Below are positions 48,563 to 59,400 of a stretch of 64,000 bases of DNA, one piece after another; positions within the stretch are counted from its first letter, which is position 1, and the number at the start of each line of letters is the position of its first letter. The translations under genes were made by a program, and so were the position numbers. The stretch comes from Candidatus Latescibacterota bacterium (GTDB lineage: Bacteria > Latescibacterota > UBA2968 > UBA8231): NCBI GenBank assembly GCA_965243025.1, contig CBDETY010000003.1, positions 3,168,001-3,232,000 on the forward strand, given 5' to 3'. The notes beneath the pieces are model-generated. The model was not told the DNA's origin. It saw nothing but the letters and a program-made list of their open reading frames with translations, and made no database searches.

Positions 48563-50344
48563 TCAGATGACCTTGCCGGCGGCCTCGGTTTCCCGGTCGC
48601 GGTCGGCGGCGGAGCTCACCGGCGCCACGCGGACGACGTTCTCCGGATCGTAGTCGAGCAGCTTGAGCCAGTCCTCGACGCTGTCGGTGGGGGGGAAGAC
48701 CTCGTTCTCGCGGTACTCGGCGTTGATGGCGTTGGCGAGGTCCTCGAAGCGGATGCCGGCGTCGCCGTCGCTCTCGGCGATGGCGCGCTTGATAGCCGCT
48801 TCCTTGGCGCGCTGGACGATGCTGTCTATGAGGGCGCCGCTGGCGAGATCGCCGAAATGAAGGTTCTCCTGGCGGCCGCTGCGCAGGGCGACCTCGAGGA
48901 ACCGGGTCTCTTCGCTGGGCGCGAACAGCGCCTTCACCGCCTCTTCGATCAGGGCGGTGCGGGCTTCCCCGGCGCCGCCGTAGCGCTCCACCTCGCCCGG
49001 GTCTATCGGCAGGTCCTCGGTCAGGTAGATCCCGAAGATTTCCCGGGAGGCCTCCAACCCCGGGCGCAGGACCTTGATCTTGCGGTCGATCCGCCCCGGC
49101 CGGAGGATCGCCGGGTCGATGAGGTCGTGCCTGTTGGAGGCGAGAATGATGACGACGTCCTGCAGCGACTCGATGCCGTCCATCTCGGTGCAGAACATCG
49201 GCACCACCGTGTTGGCGATGTGGTGGCTGCGCATCGACCGGCGCGTTCCGAGGATCGACTCCGCCTCGTCGATGAAGACGAAGGGCAGGTACCCCTCCTT
49301 CCGCTTCTGCCGCGCCTGCGCGAAGATCTCGCGGACCATGCGCTCGGTCTCGCCGAGCCACATGTTGAGGATCTCCGGGCCCTTGACGTGCATGAAGTAC
49401 TCCCTGACGTCGAGGCCCTCCTCGCTGCGCAGGTGCTGCACGAGGTTGTAGGCCGTCGCCTTGCCGATGAGGGTCTTGCCGCAGCCCGGCGGGCCGTAGA
49501 GCAGGAACCCCTTGGGGGTCGAGTAGCGGAACCTTTCGAACAGCTCCGGGTGCCTGGCCGGCAGCTCGATGGTGTCGCGGATTCCCCGGATCGCCTCCTC
49601 CTGGCCGCCGATCCGGTCCCACGTCATTTCCGGGATCTCCTCGAGGAAGTACTCCCTGCTCTCGCGCGACTGCAGCAGCTCGAGGGCGACCCTCATCGAG
49701 GCATCGGTGCGGACCTCGTCCCCCGCCTTGAGCTCGAGGCCGGCCAGCTCCTCGGAGCGTTCGAGAACGAAGTCGCTGGTGGCGTGCTCGTTGCCGATGC
49801 GCAGGCGGCCGTCGGGGAGGACGTCGGTGATTCGCACCACCGGCCCGGCGGGATTGCGCGGCAGCACCCCGACGACCGCGTACGCCTCGTTGATCAGCAC
49901 GCGCCCGCCGACCTCGAGCTCGCCCGGGTCGATGCGCGGGTCGACGTTGGCGAAGTACTCGGAGCCGCCGACGAGGATGGTGGCGATCCCGTCCCGGGGA
50001 GCGTCGATGCAGATGCCTACGCGGTTGGAAGGGGAGGTCACCTTCTCCAGGGCGGCCTCGAGCTCGACCAGGGCCCGCCGCGCCTCCTGGAAGGTGATCT
50101 CCCGCTCCATCAGCTGCCGCCGCAGCTGGTAGAGCAGCGGCCGCGACGGGTCGCGGTCCGGCAGCAGAATCAGCACCTGGTCGACGAGCCGGAGCGGCTC
50201 TTCGTCGAAGTCGCGCCGCCCCTCCTCTTCCGGGTCGCCCCGCAGGTAGGGGGACTCGAGCTCCTCGAACTCGTCGCCCTGGCGTCCCCCGCCGGCGGGG
50301 TCGTCAGGGTCGCGGTAATCCGGGTAGTCGCGGTCGTTTTTCAT
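48563..50344 (-). CDS. arc: Proteasome-associated AAA+ ATPase (ARC/Mpa family)
   Basis: N-terminal coiled coil and OB region, LYGPPGCGKTLIGKA, VKGPEILN, FIDEAE, IDPAILRPGRIDRKI. Confidence 0.92.
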   Translation of the reverse strand: MKNDRDYPDYRDPDDPAGGGRQGDEFEELESPYLRGDPEEEGRRDFDEEPLRLVDQVLILLPDRDPSRPLLYQLRRQLMEREITFQEARRALVELEAALEKVTSPSNRVGICIDAPRDGIATILVGGSEYFANVDPRIDPGELEVGGRVLINEAYAVVGVLPRNPAGPVVRITDVLPDGRLRIGNEHATSDFVLERSEELAGLELKAGDEVRTDASMRVALELLQSRESREYFLEEIPEMTWDRIGGQEEAIRGIRDTIELPARHPELFERFRYSTPKGFLLYGPPGCGKTLIGKATAYNLVQHLRSEEGLDVREYFMHVKGPEILNMWLGETERMVREIFAQARQKRKEGYLPFVFIDEAESILGTRRSMRSHHIANTVVPMFCTEMDGIESLQDVVIILASNRHDLIDPAILRPGRIDRKIKVLRPGLEASREIFGIYLTEDLPIDPGEVERYGGAGEARTALIEEAVKALFAPSEETRFLEVALRSGRQENLHFGDLASGALIDSIVQRAKEAAIKRAIAESDGDAGIRFEDLANAINAEYRENEVFPPTDSVEDWLKLLDYDPENVVRVAPVSSAADRDRETEAAGKVI

Positions 50345-50403
50345 GCGTCAGTCCTGGCCCCGGGTGGGAGGCAGCGCCGCAGGCCCATGCCGGGTCCGCC
50401 GCA

Positions 50404-51147
50404 TCAGTGGATGACGTCGCCGAGCCTGCCGTAGCGGGTGCGCGTCGGAAGCGTTGGAAGGTTCCAGATGAAGCTGGCTGTATCCATCAGCAGCTGCGGC
50501 AGCCCCCGCAGGATGCCGGGGCCTGCTTTCAGGGTAGCCGACCAGTAGATGATCATCGCCTTTCCCTTGACGTGGCTGCGCGGAACCGGGCCGAAGACGC
50601 GGCTGTCGCTGCTGTTGTCGCGGTTGTCCCCCATCATGAAGAACTGGTCCTCCGGCACCCGGTAGGGGCCGAAGTTGTCCCGCATGCTGTAGGAGGCCTG
50701 GTGGATGCGGGGGTCGGTGTGTTTCGACAGCGGCGGGTTCGGGAATTCCTCGCCGTCGACGTAGAGGACCTTGTCGACCACCTGGACCTGCTGGCCGCCG
50801 ACGGCGACGCAGCGCTTGATCAGGTCGCGCCCCGGCTCGGTTTTCGAGCGGAAGATCACGATGTCCCCCGGCTGCGGGTCGCTCAGGGCCGGCAGCCTGA
50901 AAAGGGGGGCGGCCACGAAGGGAATCTCGACGGGGGCTCCGTACACGAACTTGTTCGCCAGCAGGTAATCCCCGACGAAAAGGGTGTCCTCCATCGATCC
51001 GGAGGGAATGTAGAAGGCCTGGACCACGGTGCTGCGGATGAGCAGGGCCAGGCATATGGCGACGACGATCGACGACAGGTACTCCCGCATCCCCGACCGC
51101 TGCGTCCGTTCCGGCGGGTCTGGCTCAGGCTGATTTTCAGGAGGCAT
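50404..51147 (-). CDS. lepB: Signal peptidase I
   Basis: AFYIPSGSMEDTL, GDIVIF, DLIKR, MMGDNRDNSSDSR. Confidence 0.93.
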   Translation of the reverse strand: MPPENQPEPDPPERTQRSGMREYLSSIVVAICLALLIRSTVVQAFYIPSGSMEDTLFVGDYLLANKFVYGAPVEIPFVAAPLFRLPALSDPQPGDIVIFRSKTEPGRDLIKRCVAVGGQQVQVVDKVLYVDGEEFPNPPLSKHTDPRIHQASYSMRDNFGPYRVPEDQFFMMGDNRDNSSDSRVFGPVPRSHVKGKAMIIYWSATLKAGPGILRGLPQLLMDTASFIWNLPTLPTRTRYGRLGDVIH

Positions 51148-51344
51148 CGATCCGGACCTTCGAATTCCGGTGCAAGTCAGTCGGTACAGTATACAGAAGG
51201 GGAAATGGCCTGTCACCAACGGATCGGCATCCGGATGGCCGGCGGCCCAGGGCGGGGGGTGGTCGATCCCGGCGGATGGGCGTTCTGCCGTTCCCCCCGG
51301 GTACCACCGGGACGGAAACGGACGCGGGTGGACCGGCCGGCCCG

Positions 51345-52346
51345 TCAGCCGCGGCTCGCGACCTCGGCCACCGCCCCTTCCCGCCAGGAGCGGATGGCGG
51401 CCTCGATGATTTCCTGGGCGGCGAGGCCGTCGTCTCCCGATGCCTCTATGCAGTCGGGGGCCGCCCCCTCGCTCAGCTGCTCGATCCAGCGGTCGATGCG
51501 GGTGTGGAAGGTGTCGCCGAATCCCGTCATCCCCCCCATGATGCTGTTGCGCACCACGGTCAGCTCCTCTCCCCGGCGCGGGTAGAAGGTCAGCTCCTCG
51601 AAGCAGTTGTCGAGGACGAACCGCCCTTCCGTTCCCATGACCTCGCAGCGCTCGAGGTTGTGGCGCGGCGCCGCGTCGTAGCTGCCGGTCAGGTGGCCGA
51701 CGACGCCGTTGGCGAACTCCATGTTGATCTGCGCGTTCGACCAGCAGATCCGCCCCGGGGCGCGGTTGAGGAAGGCGTGCACCCGCTTCACCTCGCCGCC
51801 GAAGTAGCGCATGATGTCGATAGAGTGCGGGTGCAGCGCCCGCAGGTGGAACCACTCGGAGGTTTCGTTGGGGTTGTCGATCCACATCGTCATGTTGAGC
51901 AGCAGCAGGTCGCCGAGCCGGCCCTCGTCGATCCAGGCCCGGGCGCGTTCCGCAGGCGGAACGAAGCGGTGGTTGAGGTTGATGCCGAAGCAGACCCCCT
52001 GCTCCCTGGCCCTGGCGACCATCTCCCTGGCCTGACCGATGTCGTTGGAGATCGGCTTCTCGCACAACACGTGCCTGCCGGCGTCCAGCGCCCTCATCAC
52101 CGGCTCGTAGTGGTCGCCGCCGTTCTCGAAGCCCCCCGTGGCGACGCTGACGGCGTCGAGCTCCTCGGACTCGAGCAGCTCTTCCACCGAGTAGTGCGGG
52201 CGGGCCCCGAAGCGGGCGGCCGCGGCGTCGGCGCGCTCCTTGACCATGTCGCAGACGGCGACGAGGTCGGCCTTGTCCGACCTGGCATAGACTTCGGCGT
52301 GGTTGGCCCCTATCCCCCTCATCCCGATCACGGCAACCTTCAGCAT
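51345..52346 (-). CDS. Gfo/Idh/MocA family oxidoreductase
   Basis: KVAVIGMRGIG, HVLCEKP, HSIDIMRY. Confidence 0.9.
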   Translation of the reverse strand: MLKVAVIGMRGIGANHAEVYARSDKADLVAVCDMVKERADAAAARFGARPHYSVEELLESEELDAVSVATGGFENGGDHYEPVMRALDAGRHVLCEKPISNDIGQAREMVARAREQGVCFGINLNHRFVPPAERARAWIDEGRLGDLLLLNMTMWIDNPNETSEWFHLRALHPHSIDIMRYFGGEVKRVHAFLNRAPGRICWSNAQINMEFANGVVGHLTGSYDAAPRHNLERCEVMGTEGRFVLDNCFEELTFYPRRGEELTVVRNSIMGGMTGFGDTFHTRIDRWIEQLSEGAAPDCIEASGDDGLAAQEIIEAAIRSWREGAVAEVASRG

Positions 52347-52422
52347 GATTCTTCTCCGGACTGTGTTCAGTGCTGTTCAGTGCCCGCTCGCGCAGGCAGG
52401 CGTACGAACAAAGGCGTTGAAT

Positions 52423-53517
52423 TCACGCCGAGCCGGACTCGCGGGCTCCGGGTGAATCCACCGCCAACGGTTCCGGCAGCGCCACTCCGAGCTCGCCGGC
52501 GACCGCGCGTATCTGCTCCCAGGCCGACCCGTCCACCGGCACGCCGTCTCTCAGGCGCTGCTCGCGCACCCGGTGCGACTTCTCCCCCGGCAGCACCACC
52601 TCGTCGAATCCATCTGCGGGAGGGGACGACTTCACCCGCGCCGCGAACTCCCCGACCTCTTCGAGGAACCCGGCGACGGGGACGAAGGCGGCGACGTTCA
52701 GGGCGGCGATCAACAGGGCGTTTCCCGCCTCGGGGGGATCCCGGCGGGAGCAGCCGGCCCCGGACAGCGCCCCGGCCAGGATGTCGACGGCGACGGCGAG
52801 ACCGAAGCCCTTGTGGCCGGTGCCGGGAAACCCCAGCGGCAGCAGGGCCCCGCCTCCGTAGTACTTCTCGACATCGGTCGTCGGGGCTCCCTCCGCATCG
52901 ATGATGAAACCGTCGGGTACCGGCTCGCCGAGATTCCGGTAGAGGCGCATGGCCCCGCCCGAGGTCATGCTGGTGGTCATGTCGAGGAGGATCGGCCAAT
53001 CGCCCCCGGTGGGAACGGCCACGGCCAGCGGATTCGTCGGCAGGCGTCTCCCGGCGCCCCCGAACGGGGCCGTCGAGTGGTCGCTGCCGTGCCCGTTGCA
53101 GAACAGCATTCCGACCAGGTCGCCCGAGGCGGCGATCTGCGCGGCGAAGCGGCCGAGGCGGGCGACGTGGTTGCAGCGCCTGACGGTCACCGCGGCGACC
53201 GCCCCGCCGCGCGCTTTCGCCACGGCCAGCTGCGCCGCCCTGTGGGCGGTGACCGGGCCGAAGTTCCAGTTGCCGCTGACGTGGGCGATCCGGGGGGCCT
53301 CGGACAGGATCTCGAAGGGGGCGCCCGGGATCACCTTGCCGCTGCGCACGCTGTCGACGTACTGCGGGTAGCGGAGAACGCCGTGGCTGTCGTGGCCCAG
53401 CAGCCCCGACTCGACCATGTGATCGGCCACCAGCTCCGCCTCTTCCCGGGGGGCGCCCACGGCAACGAACAGGTCGCTTCCGAGCCGGCGCAGATCCCCG
53501 GCGGCGAATACCGGCAT
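52423..53517 (-). CDS. Ldh_2 (malate/L-lactate/ureidoglycolate dehydrogenase) family oxidoreductase
   Basis: GHDSHGV, NHVARLG, TNPLA, LDMTTS, HKGFGLA, LPGE. Confidence 0.9.
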   Translation of the reverse strand: MPVFAAGDLRRLGSDLFVAVGAPREEAELVADHMVESGLLGHDSHGVLRYPQYVDSVRSGKVIPGAPFEILSEAPRIAHVSGNWNFGPVTAHRAAQLAVAKARGGAVAAVTVRRCNHVARLGRFAAQIAASGDLVGMLFCNGHGSDHSTAPFGGAGRRLPTNPLAVAVPTGGDWPILLDMTTSMTSGGAMRLYRNLGEPVPDGFIIDAEGAPTTDVEKYYGGGALLPLGFPGTGHKGFGLAVAVDILAGALSGAGCSRRDPPEAGNALLIAALNVAAFVPVAGFLEEVGEFAARVKSSPPADGFDEVVLPGEKSHRVREQRLRDGVPVDGSAWEQIRAVAGELGVALPEPLAVDSPGARESGSA

Positions 53518-53518
53518 G

Positions 53519-54781
53519 CTACAGCGACGACAGGGGGGAGCCGGAAATCACGCGGCTGCCGGCGGCCTCGCCCTCCCGCCCCTGCGCCACCACGAGGAGG
53601 GCGTTTGCCACCTCGCGCTCACCGGTCTGGTCGGAAGGTCTGTTGACGACCTGGTTGGCGACCACCATCGTCGTCGAGCCGCCGCCGTCGAGGTTCAGGG
53701 CATTGTGAGCATTGGCCCCGGAGGCGGAAAAACGCTCGATGTCGTTGGCCATGAAACCGGCGAGCTCGGCAAGGGACATGCCGACGCTGTACCCGGGCTG
53801 GCGGCCGTCGACGGTTACCAGAAAGAGGGTGCGGCCATCCTGGGAGTGGCCGACCGCGGTGCGGGGATGGCGCTCCTCCGCAAAGCCGCGCCCCAGTCTT
53901 TCCCGTTCGTACTCGATCGAGGGGTAGCCGTCCCGAACGATGCGCGGACCGCCGCCGATCGCCTCTTCGAGGCGGCTGACAGCGGGAGGCAGCAGGCAGA
54001 ACAGCCCCACGGTGTCCCCCGCGGCGATCTCTTCCGGCATGCCGGTCGAACCGGCGACCACCCACTGGCCGTCGTCGACCTTCAGCGGCCACGCCCGGCG
54101 TCTCACCTGCATCACCCGGGCCCTTACGGTGTCGTTGATGACCGAGCGCTCCCCCAGGCTCTCCAGCTCGAACCCGACGTCGGCGTGCACCGAGTCGATC
54201 CGGGCGGCGGCGAAGCGGTTGAAGCAGGAGAACTTCCCCTCGGCAGGGGAGCGGTTGAACAGCGAAATCGGCAGCAGCTTGCCCGAGGGGGTGATCATCC
54301 CGGCGCGGATGTCGAACACAGCCACCATCGGCACCCCTTCCGAGGATATGGCGAACGCCGATTGCCCGCGGGGCGCCGAGACCAGCGCGCCGCGGCTGAT
54401 CTGCAGGCCGCTGGGGCTGCGGTCGAAGAAGAAGCCGCCGTTGATGGCGGCGATGGCGTCCCCGGCCATGCTGCTGGTTCGCGCCAGCCGCGCCTCGCCG
54501 GCGACCGGCCGCGCCGTGCGCAGGCGAATGCCGGCTTCCCACGCCTTGCTCAGGTCGAGCTCGATGACGTTGATCGACCACGGACCGTCGGTCAGGTGGA
54601 GGGCGTGATGGTAGACCCCGGCCGCCAGCTCCCTGGTCTTTTCGGCGAGGGGCTGGGACTGGCAGGCGGCAAGACCCAGAATCCCGGACAGGAGCGCCGC
54701 GCGCGCCCCCAGGGACGGCCCTGCGGGACCTGTGGAGGGGGGCTCCGGTTCCGTGTGCTCGGGGGGGGAAAGTGTGGGCAC
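53519..54781 (-). CDS. Phosphodiester glycosidase (NAGPA-like) family lipoprotein
   Basis: Lipobox LAAC, AAINGGFF, RHPRTAVG, TVDGRQ, ALNLDGGGSTTM, ERxVANAL. Start codon uncertain. Confidence 0.85.
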   Translation of the reverse strand: MPTLSPPEHTEPEPPSTGPAGPSLGARAALLSGILGLAACQSQPLAEKTRELAAGVYHHALHLTDGPWSINVIELDLSKAWEAGIRLRTARPVAGEARLARTSSMAGDAIAAINGGFFFDRSPSGLQISRGALVSAPRGQSAFAISSEGVPMVAVFDIRAGMITPSGKLLPISLFNRSPAEGKFSCFNRFAAARIDSVHADVGFELESLGERSVINDTVRARVMQVRRRAWPLKVDDGQWVVAGSTGMPEEIAAGDTVGLFCLLPPAVSRLEEAIGGGPRIVRDGYPSIEYERERLGRGFAEERHPRTAVGHSQDGRTLFLVTVDGRQPGYSVGMSLAELAGFMANDIERFSASGANAHNALNLDGGGSTTMVVANQVVNRPSDQTGEREVANALLVVAQGREGEAAGSRVISGSPLSSL

Positions 54782-55091
54782 GGTGGAAGCTCGAACAGCG
54801 GAAAGGGCCTTCAAGATAGAGGGGCTCCCGGCAGCGGTCAAGCTGTGGGCAGGGCTTGAGTTAGGGCTCCTCAGGGCAGCGGCGGCAGGCGCCGTACGCG
54901 GGTTTTTCCGAGCCGTCGCCAGGGCCGCTGAACAGACCCCTGAGTGACGGTTTCGCCGGCAGGCTTCGGTCGGGCCGGAGATCCCGGGGCCGATCCTGCG
55001 ACGGCACCGGCCGGCCGCCGCGATCCGGTCTGCGTTGCGCATGGATGACCCGCCGGGTGCTTGCCATGATTCCGCTGCGTTCCGCCGCTGC

Positions 55092-56411
55092 TCAGCCCCG
55101 GTTCGTATCCGACTGCCCGCGCTGGCATCGGGTTTCCGCCGCAGCCGAAGAGGCGGGACCCCCGGAAGAGCGCACCGCCCCGAGCACCGGCGCCGCCGCG
55201 GCGCTGACCACGGCGCCGAAACCCATCCGCTGCCGGATCTCGGTGATCGCCCGCCCGAGCCGGCGCTGCCTGCGCTCGGCCTCCTCCTCGAACAGGTCGA
55301 GCTGTCCCGAATCCCTGCCCGGCCGGATCGCCGAGACCTGGATCGACCGGATCGCCGCGCGGCGCTGGTGCAGACCGGTGAAGAGCGCCACCGCGGCCGC
55401 GGCGACGGCGGCGAAGTCGTCGCTGGCCGCCGGCAGGACGCGCGAGCGCTGCGCGGTGCGGTTGTCGGTGTAGCGCAGCCGCAGCGTCAGCCGCGAGGCG
55501 ACGTACCCGGCCCGGCGCAGCTTGTCGACGAGCTTGTCCGCGGTCAGGCGCACTGCCTGGACGAGCGTGAACTCGTCGTTGACGTCGCGCTCGAGGATGG
55601 TCTCGGCGGCGACGGCGCGGCCGCCGCGCCGTCCCGGAGCGCCGTCGATGCCGCGCACCAGTCCGTACAGCTGCTCCCCGGCGGCCCCCCCGAAGCGCCT
55701 GTGCAGCGCCGGGCGCTCGAGCGCGAGAACCTGCGCGGCCTGGTGCAGGCCGTAGCGGCGGGCGGTCTCGCGCACTCCGGCGGGAAGCGGCAGCTCGTCC
55801 AGCTCGAGGTTGGCGAGCAGTTCCGCCTCCCGGTCCGGGGCGCAGACCTCGACCCCGTCCGGCCTGGCGCGCTCGGCCAGCAGCCCGGCCAGCAGGCGGC
55901 TGCGGCTGACCGCGGCGGCGATCTCCTGCAGCCCGGTGCGCCGCCGCAGGTGGCGGGCGAGCCGCTCCCCCAGTCCGGCCCGGTCGAGATCGCCCCGGTC
56001 GAGGGCGCGCTGCGCCGGGGTTCCGGAGAGGGCGAGCGTGCCGCGGGCCGGCTCGTCCAGCCGGTAGTCCGGGGTCCAGGCGGCCAGGGCGTCGAGAAGC
56101 CGCTCGAGCACGCGCTGCTCCGCTTCCTCGTCCCGCTCGACGACCAGCGCGCGCCGTCCCAGCCGGCGGCGCAGGACGAACACCGGCTCCCCCGGGGCGA
56201 CCCCGAGCTCGCGGGCCGCCGGAGAGCGGGCGAACACCGAGGCGCGGTGGCTCTCCTGGTTCTGGCGCACGACGACGAACGCCTTGCCGAGCAGCTCGCG
56301 GCGCACCGCGGCGACCGCCTGGGCGGCGAACTGGTCCGCGGCGACGGCCGCGAACAACGGCTCGGGGCGGGGCCGGGCGGCCCGTCGGGAGGCCGATCCA
56401 TCCCGGCTCAC
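55092..56411 (-). CDS. Y-family polymerase-like protein, probably catalytically inactive (ImuB-like)
   Basis: DinB-like layout with little-finger domain (LRLRYTD) and clamp motif QLDLF. Catalytic motifs degenerate (AVAADQF, EPARG). Downstream of dnaE2. Confidence 0.75.
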   Translation of the reverse strand: MSRDGSASRRAARPRPEPLFAAVAADQFAAQAVAAVRRELLGKAFVVVRQNQESHRASVFARSPAARELGVAPGEPVFVLRRRLGRRALVVERDEEAEQRVLERLLDALAAWTPDYRLDEPARGTLALSGTPAQRALDRGDLDRAGLGERLARHLRRRTGLQEIAAAVSRSRLLAGLLAERARPDGVEVCAPDREAELLANLELDELPLPAGVRETARRYGLHQAAQVLALERPALHRRFGGAAGEQLYGLVRGIDGAPGRRGGRAVAAETILERDVNDEFTLVQAVRLTADKLVDKLRRAGYVASRLTLRLRYTDNRTAQRSRVLPAASDDFAAVAAAAVALFTGLHQRRAAIRSIQVSAIRPGRDSGQLDLFEEEAERRQRRLGRAITEIRQRMGFGAVVSAAAAPVLGAVRSSGGPASSAAAETRCQRGQSDTNRG

Positions 56412-56413
56412 GG

Positions 56414-56458
56414 CGTTGCCTTCACTCGCCGTACACCCCCGGTACGACTCGCGCAGGC
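56414..56458. repeat. Dispersed ~45-bp intergenic repeat, copy 2
   Basis: Matches 16311..16354 at 38/45 and fills nearly the whole dnaE2-imuB spacer. Confidence 0.6.
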
Positions 56459-56459
56459 A

Positions 56460-59400
56460 CTAGGCGGCCGCCGTTTCCACGTCCCCATACCTGCGCACCC
56501 CTTCCACCGACGCGGCCAGCTTCCGCGACGCCAGCTCGAAATCGACCTCGTTCGGCGACCAGGCGACCGCCCTGATCGAGTCCGCCTCGACCGTGAACGT
56601 GCCCCAGTCCTCGGTGACCCGGCCGCGGACCTCGAACGGACCCGGACCGGCGACGACGTCGGCGCAGCGCTCGAAGACATCGGGCCAGAGCACGACGTCG
56701 GCGCTCTCCGACTTGTCCTCGATGGTCAGGAACATCATCGCCTCGCCGCTGCGCTGAACCCGGTGGACGCGGTCGGTGACGCGGCGCCCGAACAGCCTGA
56801 TCCGGCGGCCGGCGCAGCGCCCGATGTCGGCCGCCGGCACCGCCCCGGCGGCCGCCGGGTGCATGTCGAGGATCTCGAGGATCTCCCCCGAGATCATGTA
56901 GCCGAGCAGCTCGAGCTCGTTGAGGCACTTCTCGGCGAGGCTGTAGTCGCGCAGCCCCTCAGGCACCGGGGGGCGCAGGGCGAGGCCGTCGATGAGCGGC
57001 GCCGCGGACGCAGCGCCGCCCCGCGCCGCGGCGGCGACGTCGTCGAGCTGCCACAGCAGCTCGGGCTGGGTGGGGCCGAAGCCGTCGAGCGCCCCGACGA
57101 GGACCAGGCGCTCGATCTCCTTTTTGTGCAGGCCGGGGACGCGGTGGGCGAGGTCCGGCAGATCGCGGAAGCGGCCGCCGGCCCGCCGCTCGGCGACCAG
57201 CGCCTCGAGCGCCTTCTCCCGCACCCCGCGCAGGTGCATCATCCCGGGCCGCATCAGGGCGCCGCGGCCCCGGTACCTGACGCCGGACTCGTTGACGTCC
57301 ATCGGCAGGACGCGGACGCCCCAGCGCCGCGCCTCGTTGAGGTAGACGTCGCGGTGGTAGAAGCCGTGACCGTTGCTGATCACCGCGGCGAGGAACTGCG
57401 CCGGGAAATGGGCCTTGAGGTAGGCGCACTGGAACGACAGCTGCGCGTACGTGGCGCTGTGCGACTTGCAGAAGCTGAACCCCGTGAACGAGCTGACGCG
57501 TTTCCACAGCTCGCGCGCCTGCTCCCCGGAGAGCCCGGAGTGGTCCCGGCAGCCCTGCAGGAAGGCGCGCTCCGTGTCCCTCCAGGCGCCGCTGTCGGGC
57601 GCTCCCTCGTGCTGGCTGTTCATCATCTTGCGGATCATGTCCGCCTGCTTGAAGGAGAGACCGGCGACCTGGTGGCAGATCTTGGTGACGTCTTCCTGGA
57701 AGGCGCAGACGTCGTGCGTCTCCCGCAGGATCGGCTCCAGCGCCGGGTGCACGAACTCCCAGTCCCTGATCCCCGTCTTGCGCTTGCGCTCGCGCTCGAC
57801 GTAGAGCTGCGTGTACGCCGAGCCGGCCGGGCGCACGAGGCTGGAGGTGACTGTGATCTCCTCGAAGGTCTCGGCCTGCGCCTTCTGGTTGAGGCGCCGC
57901 TGCGCCGGGCTCTCGATGTAGAAGATCCCCTTGGTGCGGCCCCTGCGGACGATCTCCCTGACCCGCGGGTCGGCGCAGCACTTCTCGAGGTCCCAGACCC
58001 CGGGGTCGGCGATCCCCTGCTCGTCGAGCTGGGCCAGCGCGTCGCGCAGCACCGACAGCGAGCCGTTGCCGAGGATGTCGAACTTGATCAGCCCGAGCTC
58101 GTCGATGCCGTTGTGCATGTCGATCTGGGTGACGGCGCGGTTCTTCGCCCCCCCCGAGGGCTCGCAGGCGACGTGGCGGCTGATCGGACCGTTGGCGATC
58201 AGCACCCCGCCGGGATGCTGCCCCATGTAGCGCGGTTTCCCCTCGAGGCGCCGCGCCAGCCTCCACAGCATCGCGATCTCGCCGTCCTCGATGCGCTGCG
58301 TCCGCGTCTTGCGGCTCTCGAGAATGGCGGTGACCTGGCCGTCGGTGTAGCCGAACACCTTGGCCGTCTCGCGGAAGGCGGCGCGGGCGCGGAAGTGGAT
58401 GGTCGTGCCGGTGACGGCGACGCGCTCCGCTCCCCAGCGGTCGACCATGAAATCGTACACCAGCTCGCGCTCGTCCCAGCCGAAGTCGAGGTCGGCGTCG
58501 GGAGGCGAGGCCCGGTCCTCGTTGAGGAAGCGCTGGAAGTAGAGGTCGTAGCGGATCGGGTCGAGGTCGCTGACCCCGATGTTGTAGAAGGTGATCGAGT
58601 TGGCGGCGCTGCCGCGCAGGATGGTGCAGTCCGCGGGCCGGCGGTAGCCGCCGCGGAAGCGCTCGTTGGCCCAGTCGCGGATCTCCTTGACGATCAGGAA
58701 GTAGGAGGCGTACCCGAGCCTGGAGATCACCTCGAGCTCCATCGCCTGCAGCTGCCGCGCCCTTTCGCGGAGCGCCGCGGACCGGCCGCCGTAGTTGGCC
58801 TCGAGGCCGGCGGCGGCGAGCTCGGCCAGGCGGCTTTCCGGGGTGTGGCCGGGAGGCACCGAGGCGCGCGGCATGATCCACTGGTCGAGCTCGAGCTCGA
58901 CGTCGCAGGCGGCGGCGATCTCGCCGGTGTTGGCCAGGGCCTCGGGGCAGTCGGCGAACAGCTCCTCCATGCGCGCCGGCGAGGCGAGCACCGCGGCGCG
59001 CGGGGCCGCCTCTCCGGGGCGGAGCCGCGAGAGGGTCGAGTTGAGGCCGACCGCGGTGAGAACGCGGTGGACCTGCCAGTCGCCGGGGTCGAGGAAGAAG
59101 CTGTCGTTCGACGCCGCCAGCGGCAGGCCCAGGGAGCCGGCGGCGGCGGCGAGCGCGGCGCTGCGCGCCCTCGTGAAGGCCGAGTTGCGGACCAGCTCTC
59201 CGAAGAGGCGGCCGCGGTTGGGCCCCGCCGCCAGAAGCTGCAGCAGTCCGGGGTCGGCAGTCAGCAGGAACAGGTTCGGCCACTCGCGCGCGAAGGCGCG
59301 GGCGAAGCTGAAGTCCGCGGCGGCGAGGTGGCGGTCGGTGACGATCCGGCAGAGGTCGCCGTACCCTTCCGCGTTCCGGGCCAGCAGCAGGACCTTGGGG

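Noticed and set aside
56408-56680. 90-aa minus ORF as a small imuA-like gene
   Set aside because: It overlaps the dnaE2 3' end out of frame, is low-complexity Arg/Ser-rich and has no RecA-like motifs.
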